Shown here piece after piece: positions 61,440-64,000 of a DNA stretch of 64,000 bases. A program made the position numbers and the translations under genes. The notes beneath the pieces are model-generated. The model did no database searches, was not told where the DNA came from, and worked only from the letters and a program-made list of their open reading frames with translations. This DNA comes from an uncultured Actinomycetota bacterium (GTDB lineage Bacteria > Actinomycetota > Actinomycetes > JACCUZ01), in the NCBI GenBank assembly GCA_963723975.1, contig CAVRTI010000024.1, positions 81,954 to 145,953 on the forward strand. The letters run 5' to 3'. How positions within the stretch are numbered: position 1 is the stretch's first letter; every line of letters starts with the position of its first letter.

Positions 61440-63449
61440 GTGCGGGACCAGCCGTGGATGATGCGGACGTACGCCGGGCACTCCTCGGCGGCCGAGTCCA
61501 ACGCGCTCTACCGGCAGAACCTGAGCAAGGGCCAGACCGGGCTGTCGGTCGCCTTCGACCTGCCGACCCAGACCGGCTACGACCCGGACCACGAGCTGGC
61601 CCGCGGCGAGGTCGGCAAGGTCGGGGTCCCGGTGAGCCACCTGGGCGACGTGCGCGCGCTCTTCGACGGCATCCCGCTGGCCGAGATGAACACCTCGATG
61701 ACGATCAACGCCACCGCCATGTGGCTGCTCGCGCTCTACGAGACCGCTGCGCTGGAGCAGGCCGGGGTCGGCCCGGATGACCCGGCCGCGGTCGAGGTGC
61801 GGGGGCGGCTGGGCGGCACGACCCAGAACGACATCGTCAAGGAGTACCTCTCCCGCGGGACCTACGCGTTCCCGCCGGCCGCCTCGATGCGGCTGACCAC
61901 CGACCTGATCGCCTACACCGTCGCGAACGTGCCGCGGTGGAACCCGATCAACATCTGCAGCTACCACCTTCAGGAGGCCGGGGCGACCCCGGTGCAGGAG
62001 ATCGCCTTCGCGATGTCGACCGCGGTGGCCGTGCTCGACGCGGTTCGGGACGCCGGTCAGGTGCCCGAGGAGCGGTTCGGTGACGTGGTCGCCCGGATCT
62101 CGTTCTTCGTCAACGCGGGAGTGCGCTTCGTCGAGGAGATGTGCAAGATGCGCGCCCTGGTCGCGCTCTGGGACGAGGTCACCCGCGACCGGTACGGCGT
62201 CGCCGACCCGATGCAGCGCCGGCTCCGGTACGGCGTGCAGGTGAACTCGCTCGGCCTCACCGAGGCGCAGCCGGAGAACAACGTGCAGCGCATCGTGCTC
62301 GAGATGCTCGGGGTCACGCTGTCCAAGGACGCCCGGGCCCGCGCGGTGCAGCTGCCGGCCTGGAACGAGGCGCTCGGCCTGCCGCGGCCGTGGGACCAGC
62401 AGTGGGCGCTGCGGATGCAACAGGTGCTGGCCTACGAGTCGGACCTGCTGGAGTACGACGACCTGTTCGCGGGCTCGCTGGTGGTCGAGGCCAAGGTCGA
62501 CGAGCTGTGCGCCGCCGCCCGCGCCGAGATGGCGCGCATCCAGGAGATGGGCGGGGCGGTGGCGGCCGTCGAGAACGGCTACCTCAAGTCCGAGCTGGTC
62601 GCCTCGCACTCGCGGCGGCGCGCGCGGGTCGAGTCCGGCGACGAGGTGGTCGTCGGCGTCAACCGCTTCACCGAGACCGAGCCGAGCCCGCTCACGGCCG
62701 ACCTCGACACCGTCGTCCAGAGCGTCGACCCGGCCGTCGAGGCGCGCGCGGTGGCCGCCGTCCAGGCCTGGCGCGCCGACCGGGACTCCGCGGCGGTCGA
62801 GACCTCACTGGCAGCGCTGCGCGACGCCGCAAGGACGACCGGCAACCTGGTGCCGGCGACGCTGGCGTGCGTGCGGGCCGGTGTCACCACCGGGGAGTGG
62901 GCAGCCGTGCTGCGCGAGGTCTTCGGCTCCTACCGGGCGCCCACCGGTGTGTCCGGCGCGGTCGGCACCGCCGAGCCCGGTGAGGACCTGGCCCGGGTGC
63001 GCGAGCTGGTCCGGCGCACCGGCGACGAGCTCGGGACCCGGCTGCGGCTGCTCGTCGGCAAGCCGGGACTGGACGGGCACTCCAACGGTGCCGAGCAGAT
63101 CGCCGTCCGAGCCCGCGACGCCGGCATCGAGGTGGTCTACCCGGGCATCCGGCTGACCCCGGCCCAGATCGCGTCGGCCGCTGTCCAGGAGGGCGTGCAC
63201 TGCGTGGGCCTGTCGATCCTGTCCGGGTCGCACCGCGAGCTGGTGCCGGACGTGCTGGCGCTGCTGCGAGATGCCGGCGCCGGTGACGTTCCGGTGGTGG
63301 TGGGCGGCATCATCCCCGAGGCCGACGCTCGCTGGCTGCTCGACCAAGGGGTGGCCGCGGTGTTCACGCCCAAGGACTACGGCATCACCGCGATCATCGG
63401 CCGGATCGTCGAGATCGTGCGGGACGAGGCCGGGCTGCCCGTCGCCTGA
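61440..63449 (+). CDS. meaA: B12-dependent acyl-CoA mutase, MeaA/ethylmalonyl-CoA mutase-like (catalytic TIM-barrel fused to a C-terminal cobalamin-binding domain)
   Basis: The N-terminus RDQPWMMRTYAGHSSAAESNALYRQNLSKGQTGLSVAFDLPTQTGYDPD is typical of mutases. The C-terminal B12-binding domain is LLVGKPGLDGHSNGAEQIAVRARDAGIEVVYPGIRLTP...VGLSILSGSH. Confidence 0.8.
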   Translation: MRDQPWMMRTYAGHSSAAESNALYRQNLSKGQTGLSVAFDLPTQTGYDPDHELARGEVGKVGVPVSHLGDVRALFDGIPLAEMNTSMTINATAMWLLALYETAALEQAGVGPDDPAAVEVRGRLGGTTQNDIVKEYLSRGTYAFPPAASMRLTTDLIAYTVANVPRWNPINICSYHLQEAGATPVQEIAFAMSTAVAVLDAVRDAGQVPEERFGDVVARISFFVNAGVRFVEEMCKMRALVALWDEVTRDRYGVADPMQRRLRYGVQVNSLGLTEAQPENNVQRIVLEMLGVTLSKDARARAVQLPAWNEALGLPRPWDQQWALRMQQVLAYESDLLEYDDLFAGSLVVEAKVDELCAAARAEMARIQEMGGAVAAVENGYLKSELVASHSRRRARVESGDEVVVGVNRFTETEPSPLTADLDTVVQSVDPAVEARAVAAVQAWRADRDSAAVETSLAALRDAARTTGNLVPATLACVRAGVTTGEWAAVLREVFGSYRAPTGVSGAVGTAEPGEDLARVRELVRRTGDELGTRLRLLVGKPGLDGHSNGAEQIAVRARDAGIEVVYPGIRLTPAQIASAAVQEGVHCVGLSILSGSHRELVPDVLALLRDAGAGDVPVVVGGIIPEADARWLLDQGVAAVFTPKDYGITAIIGRIVEIVRDEAGLPVA

Positions 63450-63455
63450 CCCGGC

Positions 63456-64000
63456 CTAGGTGTCGTCGCGGCGCCGGAACCGGAAGTACCGCAGCGCCAG
63501 CACCAGGGCGGCCACCGACCAGAGCGCGAGCACCAGCGCGGTGCGCCCGAGCTCCCATGACCCGGCAAGCTCCTGGCGCTGGAACGTGTCGGGCAGGAAC
63601 ACCGACCGCATGCCCTGGCACAGCCACTTCAGGGGGAACAGGGCGGACATCTGCTGCATCCACGGCGGCAGCCCGTCGTACTGGAAGAACACCCCGGAGG
63701 TGAACTGCAGCACCAGGACGACCGGCGACACCAGCGCGGAGGCACCGCGCCCGCTGCGCGGCACCGAGGAGAACCCGATGCCGAGGAGCGTGCAGCACAC
63801 CAGGCCGAGCACGCTGACCCAGGTGAACGTCCACCAGTCGGCGAGCTCGTCCGGCAGGTGCACGTCGAACAGCGTCACCCCGAGCGCCATCATGGCGGCG
63901 ACCTGGACGACGTAGATGACCAGGACCAGGCCGACTTTGCCGACGAAGTACGACGACTTCGGCATCGGTGTGCCCTGCAACCGCTTCAGCGTGCCGTCGT
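63456..64000 (-). CDS. ABC-2 type transporter permease, C-terminal part (the gene continues beyond the window)
   Basis: Multiple TM helices and an ABC-2 signature-like region ...LPPWMQQMSALFPLKWLCQGMRSVF... Confidence 0.6.
   Translation of the reverse strand, partial: DGTLKRLQGTPMPKSSYFVGKVGLVLVIYVVQVAAMMALGVTLFDVHLPDELADWWTFTWVSVLGLVCCTLLGIGFSSVPRSGRGASALVSPVVLVLQFTSGVFFQYDGLPPWMQQMSALFPLKWLCQGMRSVFLPDTFQRQELAGSWELGRTALVLALWSVAALVLALRYFRFRRRDDT

Overview
This is a high-GC (about 70%) actinobacterial chromosomal segment, probably a Nocardioides-like Propionibacteriales or Corynebacteriales relative. It is dominated by core housekeeping synteny that matches the Mycobacterium tuberculosis Rv1293-Rv1315 region: argS-lysA-hom-thrC-thrB-rho-rpmE-prfA-prmC-sua5-(glyA)-wecA-atpIBEFHAGDC-DUF2550-(MTase)-pduO-murA. 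Upstream lie kgd (2-oxoglutarate dehydrogenase E1), an OmpR/histidine-kinase pair, transporters, a group-2-like sigma factor and one tRNA-Arg(CCG). I found no CRISPR array, transposase, integrase or recognisable defence genes.

The most interesting structures are:
- A translationally coupled polysaccharide/cell-surface operon at about 36.7-43.2 kb. It encodes a secreted protein with a C-terminal TM plus basic tail, a PIG-L deacetylase, a membrane GT2 synthase, a small polytopic membrane protein with an exosortase-like 'GNVLRIAG' motif, a TM-HEAT-ATP-grasp protein, WecB and a HAD hydrolase.
- A conserved four-gene ACAD-like/PIG-L/methyltransferase/GT2 operon at about 15.1-18.1 kb.
- An ~86-bp triple-hairpin intergenic repeat element present twice, at 45.6 kb and 60.8 kb.
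- A 9-bp x5 tandem repeat at 60.92 kb.
- An AT-rich palindromic operator between a divergent ArsR/MFS gene pair.

A pervasive technical or biological anomaly is that at least 13 genes carry apparent single-nucleotide insertions that split their reading frames. These include kgd (twice), rho, atpA, atpH, a GT2 (twice) and an ACAD-like gene (twice). Most long antisense ORFs in the six-frame track are GC-rich artefacts.
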